A stretch of DNA of 63,738 bases, counting the filler, from Circinaria calcarea (taxonomy: Eukaryota): NCBI GenBank assembly GCA_051942165.1. It is 11 parts of 11 records of this genome, joined end to end, with 100 filler letters (N's around TTAATTAATTAA, not from the genome) between each part and the next. Parts side by side here need not be neighbours in the genome. Positions count along the whole stretch, not along the records: positions 23,247 to 28,952 come from JAVECS010001815.1; positions 29,053 to 34,754 come from JAVECS010001816.1; positions 34,855 to 40,556 come from JAVECS010001817.1; 8 more parts are not named here. One strand, given 5' to 3'. Position 1 is the stretch's first letter; every line of letters starts with the position of its first letter. The notes under the pieces were generated by a model. The model was not told the DNA's origin. It searched no databases and was given only the letters and a program-made list of their open reading frames with translations. A program made the position numbers and the translations under genes. This document shows positions 25,821 through 39,415 of this stretch, piece by piece.

Positions 25821-27236
25821 ATGCCTCAAGATCCGCAATCGCATGGCATGGTTATAGCGCTTGTTATTGTCTTCACATTACTAGCTTTGTTGTTTGTTAG
25901 ACTTCGAGTATGGGCCCGTCATATCAAGGGTTCACAGTTCGGTATCGACGACTACCTGATCCTGGCTTCTGCTGTAAGTCGAACCGTCTAGAGTTATAGA
26001 GGTTCGTGACTGACTCTCTGCTGAAAGGCTTTTTTGGTTGTCTGTATAACGATCCCGACGCTGGTTCGTAAGTGCTGCGAATTTACTTTTAACGTTAAGC
26101 TGGACCATTATATATCAATTGGAACTTACTCATAGAGATGAATAGTGGCTGCGAACTCCCACCTGGGTGACCATATGCTCTTGGGTCCTGATGGGATGCC
26201 TGTACCTCCTACCTACGCTTTCAACCTTGTAAGTTTCCCGAGCTATCCTTCAGGTTAATGCTCAGTCACTTACTTTTGACGGCTTAGGTCCTTCGAATTT
26301 TTCAAACCACTCATGTCGTCCCCATCATGCTTGCAAAGCTGGGCATTCTCTTCTTCTACCGTCGTATCTTCCGCGGGTCGACATTTTCCGCCATCACTTG
26401 GACCACCATCATTCTCGTTGCTATTTGGGGTATTAGCTTCTTTTTCTCTATTCTGTTCGAGTGTACTCCTATCCATTCATCCTTGGTTATGCCTCCGGGA
26501 ACCCCGGGGTTGCGCTGCATCGACCAAAGGGCAAATTTCTGGGCTTTATCCATCTCGGACGTGCTCGTTGATTTCATCATCCTAGCTATTCCCTTTCCCT
26601 TTGTGTGGAACTTACAGATGTCCACGAGGCACAAATGTGGTGTATCTGGCATGTTCCTCCTTGGTGCCTTGTGAGTGCTCCAACCAGTACTGTTGTGAAC
26701 ACGACGAAGTCGCACCGCTGACTTCGTGAGCAGAACCATCACAGCAAGTATTGCTCGCCTTGCCTGCTTCATCAATGCCGGCAAGCGGTTGGCCGAGAAT
26801 GACCCTGATTTCACATGTATGTCGAGCTAATTTTCCTACCCTCCCAGCCTTCTAGATGCTAACCATTTTGTCAGACTACGTCGCCCCAACCGCGTACTGG
26901 GTACTGATTGAATGTTCTCTCGCCATCGTCAGCGCCTGCCTTCCCGTCCTGCGACCCATCTTCCACGGCTTTTCCCTCGACACTCTGTTCCGCTCCCTTG
27001 CTAGCAAGCTTACCCTCCGATCCAGCAGTACCGGTAACTCGAAGCACATCAGCGATACATATGATAGTTTGAATGCCGATTCCTCGACGCAAAGTTTGAG
27101 TAATAAGCTGGGATTCAGCGCAGGCGTCATTGCTTTGCCGCAAAGCCACGTGTTGGACAAGGAATTATCTATACACAGACCGGCGGACCGGATCATGGTC
27201 CAGAGTGAATGGGGGGCGGGGGTGAATGCTGTATGA
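25821..27236 (+). CDS. PTH11-like (fungal rhodopsin-domain) GPCR-like membrane protein, multi-exon, no CFEM domain seen
   Basis: 'LFVRLRVWARHIKGSQFGIDDYLI', 'LAKLGILFFYRRIF', 'FECTPI', 'DFIILAIPFPFVWNLQM' and 'WVLIECSLAIVSACLPVLRPI'. Confidence 0.88.
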
Positions 27237-28214
27237 GTGTATGATGAGTGAGACCGAAAGGGGGTGGTGGTAGATTGCCCGGCGGGGCAAATGAGGACAT
27301 GAGATTTATTCTTTCGTCGAAGTGAATTCGATTGTTTCCGGTAGTTCCTGGCGCATTCTGACGGCTCAGGCACACTCGCAGCTACAGAATCAAACTCGTT
27401 ACTTTTTATCCATCTTTATTCCCCACCCAGTCAGTACAAAATGAACAACGACAATGTAAAACCATTTCCTGCCCCTCTTTCCTCCGTATCTATCTTACCC
27501 CGGCCCCGGCCCTTCAAATCATATTCATAGCATCGCAGATTAGGTTTAGGTCCCCATGGAAGGAAACGACACTTTCAATCACCCCACCGCCTCCCTTTTC
27601 TTTTTCTTTGTTCTTGTTCTCTGGTCTCTGTTCTCCTGTTTTCTAATCTTGTCAACGAAATCATATCGGAAACAGGGAAGGGAAGGGAAGGGAAGGGGAA
27701 GGGGTAGAAATTGGTAATAGGAAAAGGGGAAAGGGGAAAGAAGGGGAGGAGATGGGGAATAACGTTTCCCTCCCCGGATTTTTAAATTTTCCCAACGTTG
27801 GTTTTTGATTTTGGTATTGAACATATGGCAGGGAGGGACTTGAGCAATTGCGTTAAGGCAGTTATTCAATTGTGTACGCAAATAGTCGATGTATTGTGCA
27901 ACGTTGTATGGTTTGCAAAAGTGCGAAGCCAAGGGGAGGAAAAAACTCTGCAACCCACGCTACTACTGATATTTGATATAGTGTGCACATGTTACATTTG
28001 TGATTTCAGAACCCAAGGGCGTGGAGTCAAACGGATGATCGAGGCTACTTACTTTCAATGAGATATTAACAGCTTGAACCCATTTCCGTCCCAAGCATCA
28101 CTCGGGCCCGTACGTGAATGGAAATTTAAACATAGCATGGCATGAGTAAGAGTAGGCATTTGAGACCAAGTCAAAATCAATTTGAATTAAGTTGCTATAT
28201 ATACATATTCAGTC

Positions 28215-28952
28215 TTAGCTATCCACCCCCATGAGCCCAAATTTCTCCGCAACATCCTCCATAATCTCGTCCCCTCGCTTCAACGCCTCAATCTGCTTTC
28301 TCATGTTCTTGATATCTGCGATCTGCTTCTTCCGAAGTGAGTCCGTGTGGAAGGCCATTTCCTCGGCGATCACAGCTCGTTTTGCTTCGACATCAGCTAA
28401 GGCAGCCCTGGCGGAAAGAATCGACTTTATGAGCTTTCGCTTTCGGGTACGTTCCTGCACGAACTTGATCTCTCGCTCCATGGTTGCGACAATCGGGGTC
28501 TTGTCAACGACGAACTCGTGGTAGCTCTGTTCGTCCAGGGCACTGATGCTCAGGGCCAAGTGATTGCTACGGCCTGCGAGAGCGTGGCTAAAACCTCCCC
28601 CGTCTTCAATGTACCCTTGTGCCAATCTTGTAAAGAGAATCTCCGCAGGCGCGGCTTGCCGAGCGGCGAAGATTCGATAGATGATAAACTGTTGCATGCC
28701 ATATGACAGGCCGTATCGTACTCGGCAAGCGGCTTCAACGAGATTCATGATGTAGTTGGAACTGCTATGCTTCTTGTGTTGCGCCAGTCTCGCCACCGGA
28801 TGCTTGGCATACCCTATCTCCACGAGGGGGTTCGCCAGAGGTTGGGTCCACGCGGGAGTCTGACGAAGGTGATTCAGACGAGCCTCGAGGTTGTTGGCGA
28901 ATTGCCGAATATTGTCGACACGATGCGGAGCACGCTCATGACCGGATTTGTT
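28215..28952 (-). CDS. Hypothetical protein (5' truncated) with a GIY-YIG-like 'EIGYA..P..RL.QH' segment and a C-terminal coiled coil
   Basis: The frame is open from the contig edge to the stop at 28215, and the sequence looks protein-like. Confidence 0.6.
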   Translation of the reverse strand, partial: NKSGHERAPHRVDNIRQFANNLEARLNHLRQTPAWTQPLANPLVEIGYAKHPVARLAQHKKHSSSNYIMNLVEAACRVRYGLSYGMQQFIIYRIFAARQAAPAEILFTRLAQGYIEDGGGFSHALAGRSNHLALSISALDEQSYHEFVVDKTPIVATMEREIKFVQERTRKRKLIKSILSARAALADVEAKRAVIAEEMAFHTDSLRKKQIADIKNMRKQIEALKRGDEIMEDVAEKFGLMGVDS

Positions 28953-29052
28953 NNNNNNNNNNNNNNNNNNNNNNNNNNNNNNNNNNNNNNNNNNNNTTAA
29001 TTAATTAANNNNNNNNNNNNNNNNNNNNNNNNNNNNNNNNNNNNNNNNNNNN

Positions 29053-29319
29053 GCAGAAAACATCGGTCCAAAATGCCTTGCACGTAGAGCTTTTTATAGC
29101 GGTTTCTAGAGCTGGAATCGTCCGGTCCGAGATGTGTCCAGCCTTTATGTACTCGTTCCACTCCCGTACGGGACCCCATCTGTAGGAAATGCAAACATAG
29201 TGCGGTATTGACCCTTCGCACGAGATATCGAGTGGCTCAGACAAACACCAATTTTTGCCTTGGAGCGTAATAGAATTCTGAGTAGACGAGCTCGTTTCAA
29301 CAATGAGGCAGAACTCCAT
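29053..29319 (-). CDS. HET (heterokaryon incompatibility) domain protein, N-terminal fragment
   Basis: 'YVCISYRWG' ... 'AFWTDVFC' match HET domain boxes 1 and 2; cut by the contig end. Confidence 0.7.
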
Positions 29320-30223
29320 ACCATCTATACCAATGATAGCGTCACCACAAGTGTCAAAGGTATGACAATAGCTTCTTTGAACCGCCGTATCACTTTTCGC
29401 GATCACGTGGATACCTCTAGAATATAGCTAGCATGATAGTTCGAGGGTCCTAGCCAGACGGTGTCTGCGCAAAATACCGTTTAATGAATGGTTGGTCAGA
29501 ATAGTTACTGTGGACCAGCAAGATGGGTGAACAAGAAGAAGATGAAACGCTTTTAGATGGTATTACTTACGTGGTCGATGAGGCATTATCCGAGAACAGC
29601 TTCAACTTGTTATCGAACGACTTTGATAAGTATTGGAGGAGAAGCCTTTATGAATTGAGGTCTCCTCTTTTAGTAGAAATTAAAGCCGCGTTCCTACATG
29701 GTGAACGTGCGTCAAGCTTATCGAACAAGCCACAGTACAGCCACAGTAAATCGAAGATCTCACCAAGTTGAGCCTTTACCAAATAGAAATGCCCCTCTTT
29801 GAATTGGTTAGGGTCGGCAGCAAAACAGGGAAATGTCCATCAGAAAAGTGCGGGCGACCAAGGGTCAAACGTCAGCAGATAAAAGCTAAGGCCCCATTGG
29901 GGTTTAGATCTTGACGTACTACTGCAAGTTGAAAGCCACATAAGAACCCAATGATTTCATCATCGCGGATCAATTGCCTTGGCAGGAAATAAAGGCTCCC
30001 AAGGTGAATGTGATATAAATGTGGCTTATGACTGGTGGATGCCAACCCTTTCACAGGCTTTGAAAGTGGTCATACAAGAACAGACACTCGTCCACGCAAC
30101 CTTTGTGTCAGACATTTCGGCGAACTTGTCCCTTACACACATCTGTCAGGTTCCCTTAGAATTTAAGTTCCCTTTACCCGTGTTCTTGTAACTTTGCATT
30201 CAGTCGAGTTTTCTTACGCAATC

Positions 30224-33200
30224 ATGGAGAAGATCAAGAACCTCCTGTTAGTCGTACTCGCCATTGCAAAATCACCCCATCAACTGACATCTGATAGTAA
30301 TCCTGGAGGAAAACACGATGATGAGGTGCTCTATGGCTCGGGCCAGTCCTCTGACCCGGTTCATTCGGGCAACAACGCCGGAAGTGGCCAAGGAGGTCAT
30401 CTTGACAGCTCTCGTACTGCAGGACACGATAACAATCCACTCTCTTCCAACACAGACAATTCAGCCACCGGGACATCCGACTATGACAACAATCCTGCGA
30501 CAACAGCTCGATCAGTAGGCAAAGAGGGATTGGCTGGCTCAAGCGGGCTCGGATCATCAAACACCTTGGGCTCAGGCACTCGAGAACCGCGAATCCCTGG
30601 GGCATTTGATCATGATGATGATGCTTCAAGCACTACAGCCATCAGATCCGGGGTTCCAGGTCATGGAGCATCAGGATTGTCTGATCCATTGAACATAAAT
30701 AAACCTTTACCACATGAGCCGGGAAGTAGCCCATTGGGCTCTGCTAGCAGTACCACCGTTGGCCCACATTCAGCTGACGTCGGAAATAAACTTGATCCGC
30801 GTGTCGATTCAAACTTAGATGGCTCCCGGGGCCTTGGGCGTAGTACTGGGACTATTGGCTCTGAACTTACAGGAAGTACCTTGCCAGACCGTACGGTTGG
30901 AAAGTGAGTTTTATTCCTGCCGATGTGTGGCTTTCTCTAATCAATGATCTAGCTTCAGATCTGACAACAACAAAAATACTTCGCTTGGGCGCGACACAGC
31001 AACTGGAGCTGGAGGACTAGAGGCTGCTGGAGCAGCACATCATCACGGTGTCCAATCCTCTGACCCTAAAACAAGTTCTACTGGTACCCAGGGCAGGTCC
31101 TTCCCTCTTGGTGGTCATAATAACACAACATCCGGTACCGCATTGGAGCCACATGATTCTTCACTACCAAATAGGGCCGATCCCCGTGTTAATAATGATC
31201 GTGATGGGTCTCAACAAACTGGTATTGTAGACACTGGACTGTCAGGTTACGGACCTGAAACATGGGAGCATCGACATGGCCCCTACGGTCACCAATACGA
31301 AGGCGATCCCTGCCAACGTGAACCACCTGTTCCTGGCCCACATTTTGTTCAAGGTAAGTGTTCCGATCTGGTTATATAATTGCAACCTTATAGTTAATAG
31401 GACCTCATGCAACCGATACTGCAAATTTACTTGACCCGCATGTGGCCGGTACTGTAATTCCTCCTGGAAGTACCGCTGCTACTGGCACTGGGACTGGCAT
31501 TGGTCACGGTCACCATCACGAACAATCAAATACCGGAACCGGTATTGGTTCTACTACCCATGAACATGACAGCCAGCGAGAAAGCAGCCATCTCGGGCGT
31601 GATGCGGCCATTGGAGCAGCTGGAGTATCTTATGAGGCCGATCGTGGTCATCCGAGCTCTACTTCTCATGAACATGAGAATCAGCGAGGAGGGCACCATC
31701 TAGGACGTGATGCGGCTATTGGGGCAGCTGGGTTATCTTATGGAGCCGATCACAGTCATCCCAGCTCCTCAATTCCAACGACAACGGATTCAGCTTCAGC
31801 AACACACAAGCCATCCCTTATGGACAGAATTACCGGCAAACATACTGATACTGCTCACAAGTCTACTGATGGAGGTATATCGTCTCTTGGTCATTCCGAA
31901 CCTCATCATACATCAGGACTTGACACACGCTTGGAATCTCAACCACGAGAAAATACTGAATCTGGAAAGCTCCATCACTATGGACGAGATGTAGCCGGAG
32001 GGGGTGCGATAGGAGCAGCCGGGTATGAAGCTGAAAAACATCATCACGATAGAGAAGCAGGTCACGATCATCCAGTCTCTTTGCCCGTAAGGGAAACAAA
32101 TTCGACCGCTCATCAGGCACACAAACCAAGCCTGTTGGAGAAACTTACAGGCAAACATCACGAGACCAACGAGGGGCCCGTTACTGGAGCCACGTCGGCG
32201 CCTACATCGGGAGTTCCGCCGGGAATAAAGCCAGGAACTGCATCTTCGTTCGGACACCTGGAGGACCATTCTCGAACTGAGAAAGACATTGAACAGCCTA
32301 GTCATTTTGGGAAAGGTGCACTTGGGGTTGGCACTGTTGGAGCAGCTAGCTATAAAGCTGAGAAACACCATCGCAACAAGGAAGATATCCCGCGTACCTC
32401 AGGGCTTTCCGGTACCACGGCTGGTAGCGGCTATGATCAGCAGAGTAGATTGGGTCATGGTTTAGGTAGAGATACCGCGTTGGTTGGGGGAACAGGTACG
32501 GCTATTGGGGCTGAGAAGCACCATCATAGCGGGGAATATCCAACAAGTACCACAAGCTCATCTACAAGGCCATCTGTTTATGATGACCGCGACGTTTCTG
32601 GTACACACTACAAGCGAGATGCTGCACTGGGAGCTGGTGCAGTTGGAGCTGGTGCAGTTGGAGCTGGTGCAGCAGGCTCGAAGTTTTCTAAGAAAGAGGC
32701 CGAGAAAGAAGCAAAGCACTATGCAAAGGAAGAAGCCAAGTTCGAAAAGGAATTGGAGAAGGAACACAAGCATCATGAAAAGGAACTTCAAAAGGAGCAT
32801 AAAGCTCAGGAGAAAGAGCATGAAAAGGTACTCCAAAAGGAGCATAAGGCTCACGAGAAAGAACACGAAAAAGAAGACCATGATAAAAAGAAGCACGGCG
32901 GAGGGTTGTTTGGATTTCTGCACCGAAAGAAGTCCGATAAAGAGCTTAAGGAGGAGGAGGCTGCGCGAACAGGGACGAGTCATCACAGCGCGACAGGAGC
33001 AGGAACTACTTTAGGGGTGAACCAAGGACCTACAGCATCATTTGGACACTTCGAAGATCACACCAGAACTGAAGCGGATCTTGAGCAACCGACTGCAGGC
33101 ACTACGTCCGGAGTAGGCGCCACCGAACATGGACATCACGAGCGGAACCGACTTCACAAAGACCCTCCGGCCAGTCTCCTACAGGCTGCTAACACGAAAT

Positions 33201-33613
33201 ATGCGGAGGCGCCACAATCTGGATATGCTAGCCAGGTAACTGGTGGTACCGGTACGACCGCTTTGGCTCAAGGTCACGACTACAAGGGTGAAACGGGTGA
33301 CCGAGGCGTCGAACCACATACGGGTTTTCCAATAGACTACTCCAAAGGAGATGGAAGTTTTGGAACTGACGACACGCCGGTGCCTCACCACCATCACGGA
33401 GCCTCTACAAGTGGGGCACCTCCAGGTGCTATGGGAACGGCCGAACATGGTTCCACGCTCCCAGGAGAGTCTACTCGTCCAGGGGGTACCTTTGATTCGT
33501 CCAAAGTCAACTCGTCCTATCCTGGAGCTCCTGGAACAAACGACGGGTACGAAGCTGGGCATGTGCCGCATAGGACTCCTGGGACAAGCGGAGCGGGCAC
33601 GGGTGGATACTAA
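30224..33613 (+). CDS. Large Gly/His/Thr-rich hydrophilin, fungal dehydrin-like (DPR motifs); introns 30247-30297, 30904-30952, 31354-31400
   Basis: GPHSADVGNKLDPRVDSNLDGS, NRADPRVNNDRDGS and GPHATDTANLLDPHV; HHxGRDAA repeats; EKEHK coil. Exons join in frame. Confidence 0.8.
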
Positions 33614-34563
33614 TTCTAATTACCACTGATGAGTATCGATGAGTTGATCGATCCACGGACTCGAAGACGTGAGCGGTGATGCAATGTTAGCCTGTTTTCC
33701 ATACTCTTAGTTAGCATGAGGATTTAGGAATAGTAATTCATGCCTTGTTTGACTACGGTGTAGGCTTGAAGATTTCCCATGCCTCATAAAAGATGATTGA
33801 TGTGATGGTAGCCGTTTGCCCATCGACGAAACATCCTGTTGTTGACCTGAAATCGAGAACCCGTCTTTACGTCGATGATACTTTAGGTCCTACCAGGGCG
33901 AAAACGTGGGATGACCGGGATTTCTGATTGGTATGTACTTTAGTGATGGGGTTGTATGCGGTCGGTCGTGCGACATTAGTAGAAATGCTTGCGACTTGAT
34001 TTCTACCGACATCGATGAGCTGTTAATGCATAACAGGTAAAGCGTTTTCTTACAACACCAAAAGGCCTTTCTTTTTGCTATTATATATTACGTAGTAGAG
34101 TTTGCCCCTTCATATCTTGTGAATTGACTGTGGAAGAGAACTTCTACTACTGTAGACCTTATGGTGAATGGCGGAACCGAATTCATTGATTGCTTCATCC
34201 AGTCATCCTGCAACTCAAGGGCCAGCTCCCCTCGCCCCCCTCTCCGAATTTCGATCATAGCTAAGATCTTACCGATCATAGCCTTGCATCCGGAGTAGTC
34301 TCCCCGCGACTCAAGCTTTGTGCCTGTTGCCAAGAAGCAAGGAAGCATCCCTGTAACAAAGAATTCGATATGAATGTTTGATGCCGGTCATCCGGTCGAG
34401 TCTATGGTGGGGTGCTGCTTAACTACCTCATCCCGAGTGTTCCTCCCCGACAGAGCACTCTACCTCGATTCTCCTCTGGATTCCACCGTTGAACGTCAAA
34501 ATCCAACATAACATCTTCATTCAGTAGCTTTCAATCAGCAGTCAATCCGTAAATACCGCCGTC

Positions 34564-34754
34564 ATGGTTCACCTCGCGTCAGTTCCAAATGACAAGGATG
34601 CCAATGCTCCCCTGGTCGAGGGCATGGAGAAGATCAACATTGACCAACCAAGTGACGACGAAGTGACCGAGTCGGTGTATGGCTCTAAGTTTGCTGGCGA
34701 GGAGATGCCTAACCACAAGTTCCCCGAGAAAGAAATGTATACCTTTTGTTGCCG
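34564..34754 (+). CDS. GAD1: Glutamate decarboxylase, first exon (3' truncated)
   Basis: MVHLASV...SVYGSKFAGEEMPNHKFPEKEM followed by a GTATAC donor; typical fungal GAD N-terminus. Confidence 0.8.
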
Positions 34755-35196
34755 NNNNNNNNNNNNNNNNNNNNNNNNNNNNNNNNNNNNNNNNNNNNTT
34801 AATTAATTAANNNNNNNNNNNNNNNNNNNNNNNNNNNNNNNNNNNNNNNNNNNNTACGAGGACAATTGGCTCGCGAGTACGGGGTATGGAGCTGCCTATT
34901 TTTAAACCACTGAGACCACCATACACACTCAGAGGATCTTGATATACTCTGCTCATCCTCCAGCTTGCGGCTTCCCTAATCTCGTCCACTTATTGCTTTT
35001 TGCGGCTCCCCTCCCTTCCCCGAGTCACACGGCTCCGAGAGTCAGCAACGTTTGGCTTAGTTTCAAGCTCTAAGCAGTGTCGCAAACAGCGAGTCAAGCT
35101 TCCTGGACAGTCCGAACAGGATCGTGGCCTCGGAGAGATTTACGTCGATTGATCAGGAGGGCGCTCGAAGACCCTTCAGTTACGGCCGTGTACCAT

Positions 35197-36371
35197 ATGA
35201 ATGTGTTTCGGATCCTGGGGGATGTCTCCCATACTATATCCAAATGTATACTGATCTGGGCAATACACACCAATCGAAGTGCCGAAGGTGAGTGGCCCAA
35301 GTATTCGCTGCCGTTCCTCATCCGCTGATGGCTTTGGTTTGGCGCAGGAGTCTCCCTCATCACTCAGGCGCTTTATGCCATGGTCTTCATTACCCGATAT
35401 CTTGACTTGTTCTGGGTATCCCCAGGCTACAACACGTGGAACTTCGTTCTAAATAACTTCTACATCATATCCTCTCTGTACATCATATTTTTGATGATGA
35501 GAGTATATGCTCGGACAAGGGAACGCGAGAAGGCATGGAAATTTGGAGCGTTTTGCATGGCAGGCTCCGCATTGGCTGCGCCATTCACAATGATGATCTT
35601 CACACGGAAGACGGTGTGGTCATTCAGCGAGGTAAAAGGAACGGATAGGACTACAAATTCTAGTGCTCATTCTCGCTGTAGGTTTTAGGGACCTTCTCTA
35701 TTATTTTAGAGTCTGTCTGCGTCTTACCGCAATTGCTACTGCTCCGCCAGACCACTGTTCCTACGGTAATTGACTCATTCTACCTCGTTACCCTCGGGTC
35801 TTACCGCGCCTTTTTCATCCTCGATTGGATACTACAAGCAATTGACCCTCTGCGATTCGCCAGCGGACGACTCGAGTTTATCTCGCCAATCTTCGGCGTA
35901 ATACAAACTGCATTTTACATGGACTTTGCATACGTTTATTGGACAAGACAACGGGTCAAGCTACGCAATGGCGGCGTGGTGGACTCGGAGGATCTAAGCC
36001 GTGGCTGGCTTTTTAGCAAGATTATGAAGAGAGGAGCCTCGGAGCCTGATGAAGAGGACAGAGTTATCGCGAACGGGCCAGACAACGGGTATCCTCGGCA
36101 AAATGTTGGATCGCGAGCTCAATGGGGTGCACGAGGGATATCGGTCTCAGCTGATGAAGGCTTACTAGAAACCCCTCAGCCTCGGAAACAGAGACATAAT
36201 ATAGAACGTCTAGACTCAATTGCGAGACAAGAAGAAACAGCTGGTATATTGGAAGACAACAGCGACGCCGAGGATAGCGACATTGACGTCCCGCCTCCTG
36301 ACAGCAAGTATAACACTGCCGTACACCATGTTGGGAATGGTGAAGAATGGCGAAAGGAAGAGAGCAAATAA
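35197..36371 (+). CDS. ER lumen protein-retaining receptor (ERD2/KDEL-receptor family) with a long acidic C-terminal tail; introns 35288-35347 and 35632-35681
   Basis: MNVFRILGDVSH..., GVSLITQ..Y..VF.TRYLDLF, FSIILESVCVLPQL and LGSYRAF. Confidence 0.9.
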
Positions 36372-39300
36372 ATTGGATGTTGCGTTGGACAGCGCAAACC
36401 TTGCGCAATGGCCGTTAGCAACCTTTTTGAGATGGTTGGTATGGAGTAATCGACGCGTGGCTAAAACGCCGCATTTCTTATTTGGCGAAAAGATGTTCTT
36501 ATCCTCTAAGCCCCTAGATCGATCGACCTCGTATGAGCCTGTGCCTCTGGTAGGCGTTTCAACCACTAGGGATATCACAAAGAAAACGGACATACCGCTT
36601 GCTTACCAGCACAGCCTCAAGATCCATCAACCTTATGGTTGATCGTGTTTCGGACTGGACCTATAGAGCGAACAAGAGGTTGGACCCCCTTGATGGATCA
36701 TTACACAATAGCCTTACTGTGCCAGCATCCACAGACAGACATCCCATCAACCTCCTCGGTGAAGATTGTTGGAGGTCCATCGACTTCGACCCTGGCCAGC
36801 CCATGCACAAGGCAATCAGCCTGTGATACCTGCATCTAACACATATTTGCACTGTCCAACCGGTATGCTGAGCCACGAAAATCAATACACACAGAACCAC
36901 CAAAATGAACGACCACCTCGATCAATGATGATCTTCCATCCCAGTATCCGTCACCAGTGTTTCAGACTATCGCGCTCGCTTGTGGCGCAGCGGCTGCGAT
37001 TACCTTGGAAGTACAAATAGACGCCGATCCACCAATGTTTTACAGCCTAAGAAATCAATGGGTCATATTCTGTGGAATACCTCCACGATCGCCTTTATGC
37101 ATATATTTTTGCCTAGCGTTAAGGCGACACGAAATCCCGTCTTCCGAGGCTAATACCTGATCCATCATCCGAGAAAGGGTGAATGGCGTAGATAGTTAAT
37201 TCTACTGTTAGGAATTGTGTGTCCTGCATGACCAGAAACTAGTAATACACAATCGAAAACCAAAACTCGGAATGTTTTCAGGTGACAGTGGGTTGCCGCG
37301 CATGAACGGTTAAGTCTCGTAGCTAAAACAAGGTTCCTGCCATATTACTCTTCGGAGCTGTTACGACTCGCTAGCAATGCATACGGAATATTTGAGGGCT
37401 CCAGCTATAGCACGTGTTACTAACAATGAACCCAGAAGCGTCGATGATAGCTGAATGTATATAAGCGCCCAGGAAACAGAAGTAGCTAGATTGGAGCTTA
37501 GATACTTGTATTATTTGCACCTGAGGGGGCTTACCTGTGGCTTACCTAGTGCTACTCTCATCTCAGCCCATACGATCGCAGCATGACCATTTCTTGGAGA
37601 ATTTCGTTTGTTCGGGCCAGTAATCGCCAATGGTTTGCTCAGCTTACCCTCTCGACGTTCAATGCGCCCAGTCAAATCCAGGGATTGGGGTAGAGCAATC
37701 CTCAAGCCAACCCCTGCACCGCCGCTGTGCCGTCGAATTACCTCGCACGCTGTAATCGGTACGACTGGGTTTACTCACCAGCAACCACTCGGGCGTGTCC
37801 CACAATCCTTTCGTGCGAGGCTCCAAGAAACGTGCTCTAAACTTAAACAGAGGCTATCGACGGGGGAAATAGGGAGCAAAAGCGTGGAGCGCATGAAAGT
37901 ATGCAGGAACCTCCCCACGAGACATGGGGCCTCAATCTATGGTCATCTGTTTTACCTATGCACGACGGGCTCGTGTGGGATGCTGTCTCAACGGGAACCC
38001 ACGCATACGGCTTGGATATACCGTCGTTGACAGACAGGTTGGGTTTGAGCCTTCACACCGTTCCGTTCCAACGCTGACTACAAGTGACGTCGTAGGGTTG
38101 GGGGGCAGTCCAGTTGACTGGACATATGTGTATCATATTCATACTTCCGAGAAAGAGTGGTTCTAGTTCTCGGCAGGCCCCGAGCCATTGGCCGTTCCAG
38201 GAGGTGGGATGTCCCCACCTAAAGCGGAGGATTCTCAATTAGAGCTCGATCAGGGGTAGGTGGGTACGGAGTACAAGTCAATAATACGAATGCGCTCGAG
38301 AGCTAATTATGCTACTCCTGGAGCTATTCTGGACCACCTACTCCGTCCTGCGCACTACTCAACGGCGTTTACACATAGCCTTAGCGACAGCGAAGATTAC
38401 GGCAGCGACGTTGGTGCGAAGTGGAGGTAATTCCCGTATGCAAATCATCTCTATTCCGCATTCAGTTTACTCTCTTCCCTCCCGTACAGGCATAGCTACG
38501 AATAAGCACACTATCCACGCTCCAATCTCGCTGACGGAACCCAAAGCGGTACGCACGTTGCGGGCGCCTACACCACGGCCGAAGGATTCATTATCACTAT
38601 TGTCGTCTGATCATTGATTACCCGTATTATTTCCATCGTTCTTATTTATATACCACCCTATCGCAAGGCGGACTAAGCCAACCGAGCCTTCGGCGTTACA
38701 CAGCTGCCAGGCCCGAGTGTTATGGATAATCCCTGTCATGCCATGCGAGTTACGACCGGGGGCTGCCTTGACCCCCGGTCCATTGGCACAGTTGCACTAG
38801 TGAGCTGAGGCCAACGCTGATCCTTTTTCATTCGCCTAAAGACTAAATCAATCCTGAAACCGCGTTCCCTTCGGGTCGCCGAACACACTAAAAGCTCAAA
38901 CAAGCATGTTGCGGTCAGTTAGTAGTTTGTGTGCGTTGTGTGTTCGGTGTGCTAGCCCTCGAGTCTGGTCCCCTGTCCTTTTGCTTGGTGCTAATCACTA
39001 TGGACGCATCGAGAAATAATCCGATCTCGTCGCTCTAGGTCCGCAGCATGATGGCACAGTCAGAGAGAGTTATATTGTCTAGCTTATACAACAACCTCCA
39101 CCGGCCACACAGCCTTCTCATCATTTCCTTAATAGTCGTCCGCACGCCCTCCCTCTTGCAGCCCTTGCTCCAAGATCTGCATCAACATCACTGGTGGTAG
39201 TACACAAAGCCTCCACCGTCCCACTCTTTTACACATCCCGTTTCCTTATCCATAGGGCTACCGTCCCACTCTGTTTTTGACTTCCTCGTCGTACATCGGA

Positions 39301-39415
39301 CCATCTGTGACCCATCTGACCTCCTTGCAGTATTATTTCCTATCATCATTGGCAAGAGCGAAAAGGATAGCATCAGTTGGGGCGGAAGACCGGGGGCAAT
39401 ACCAAACCAGCCGTG

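Noticed and set aside
27676..27705. (GGAAG)n tract, and (GCCCAA)n near 17987-18010
   Set aside because: Ordinary microsatellites; neither is a telomeric TTAGGG array or a CRISPR array.
36400..39400. Many short ORFs and a 9-bp GC hairpin (38754-38780)
   Set aside because: Long upstream region of the Myb-like gene. The ORFs lack coding hallmarks, and one short hairpin is not enough evidence for an ncRNA.
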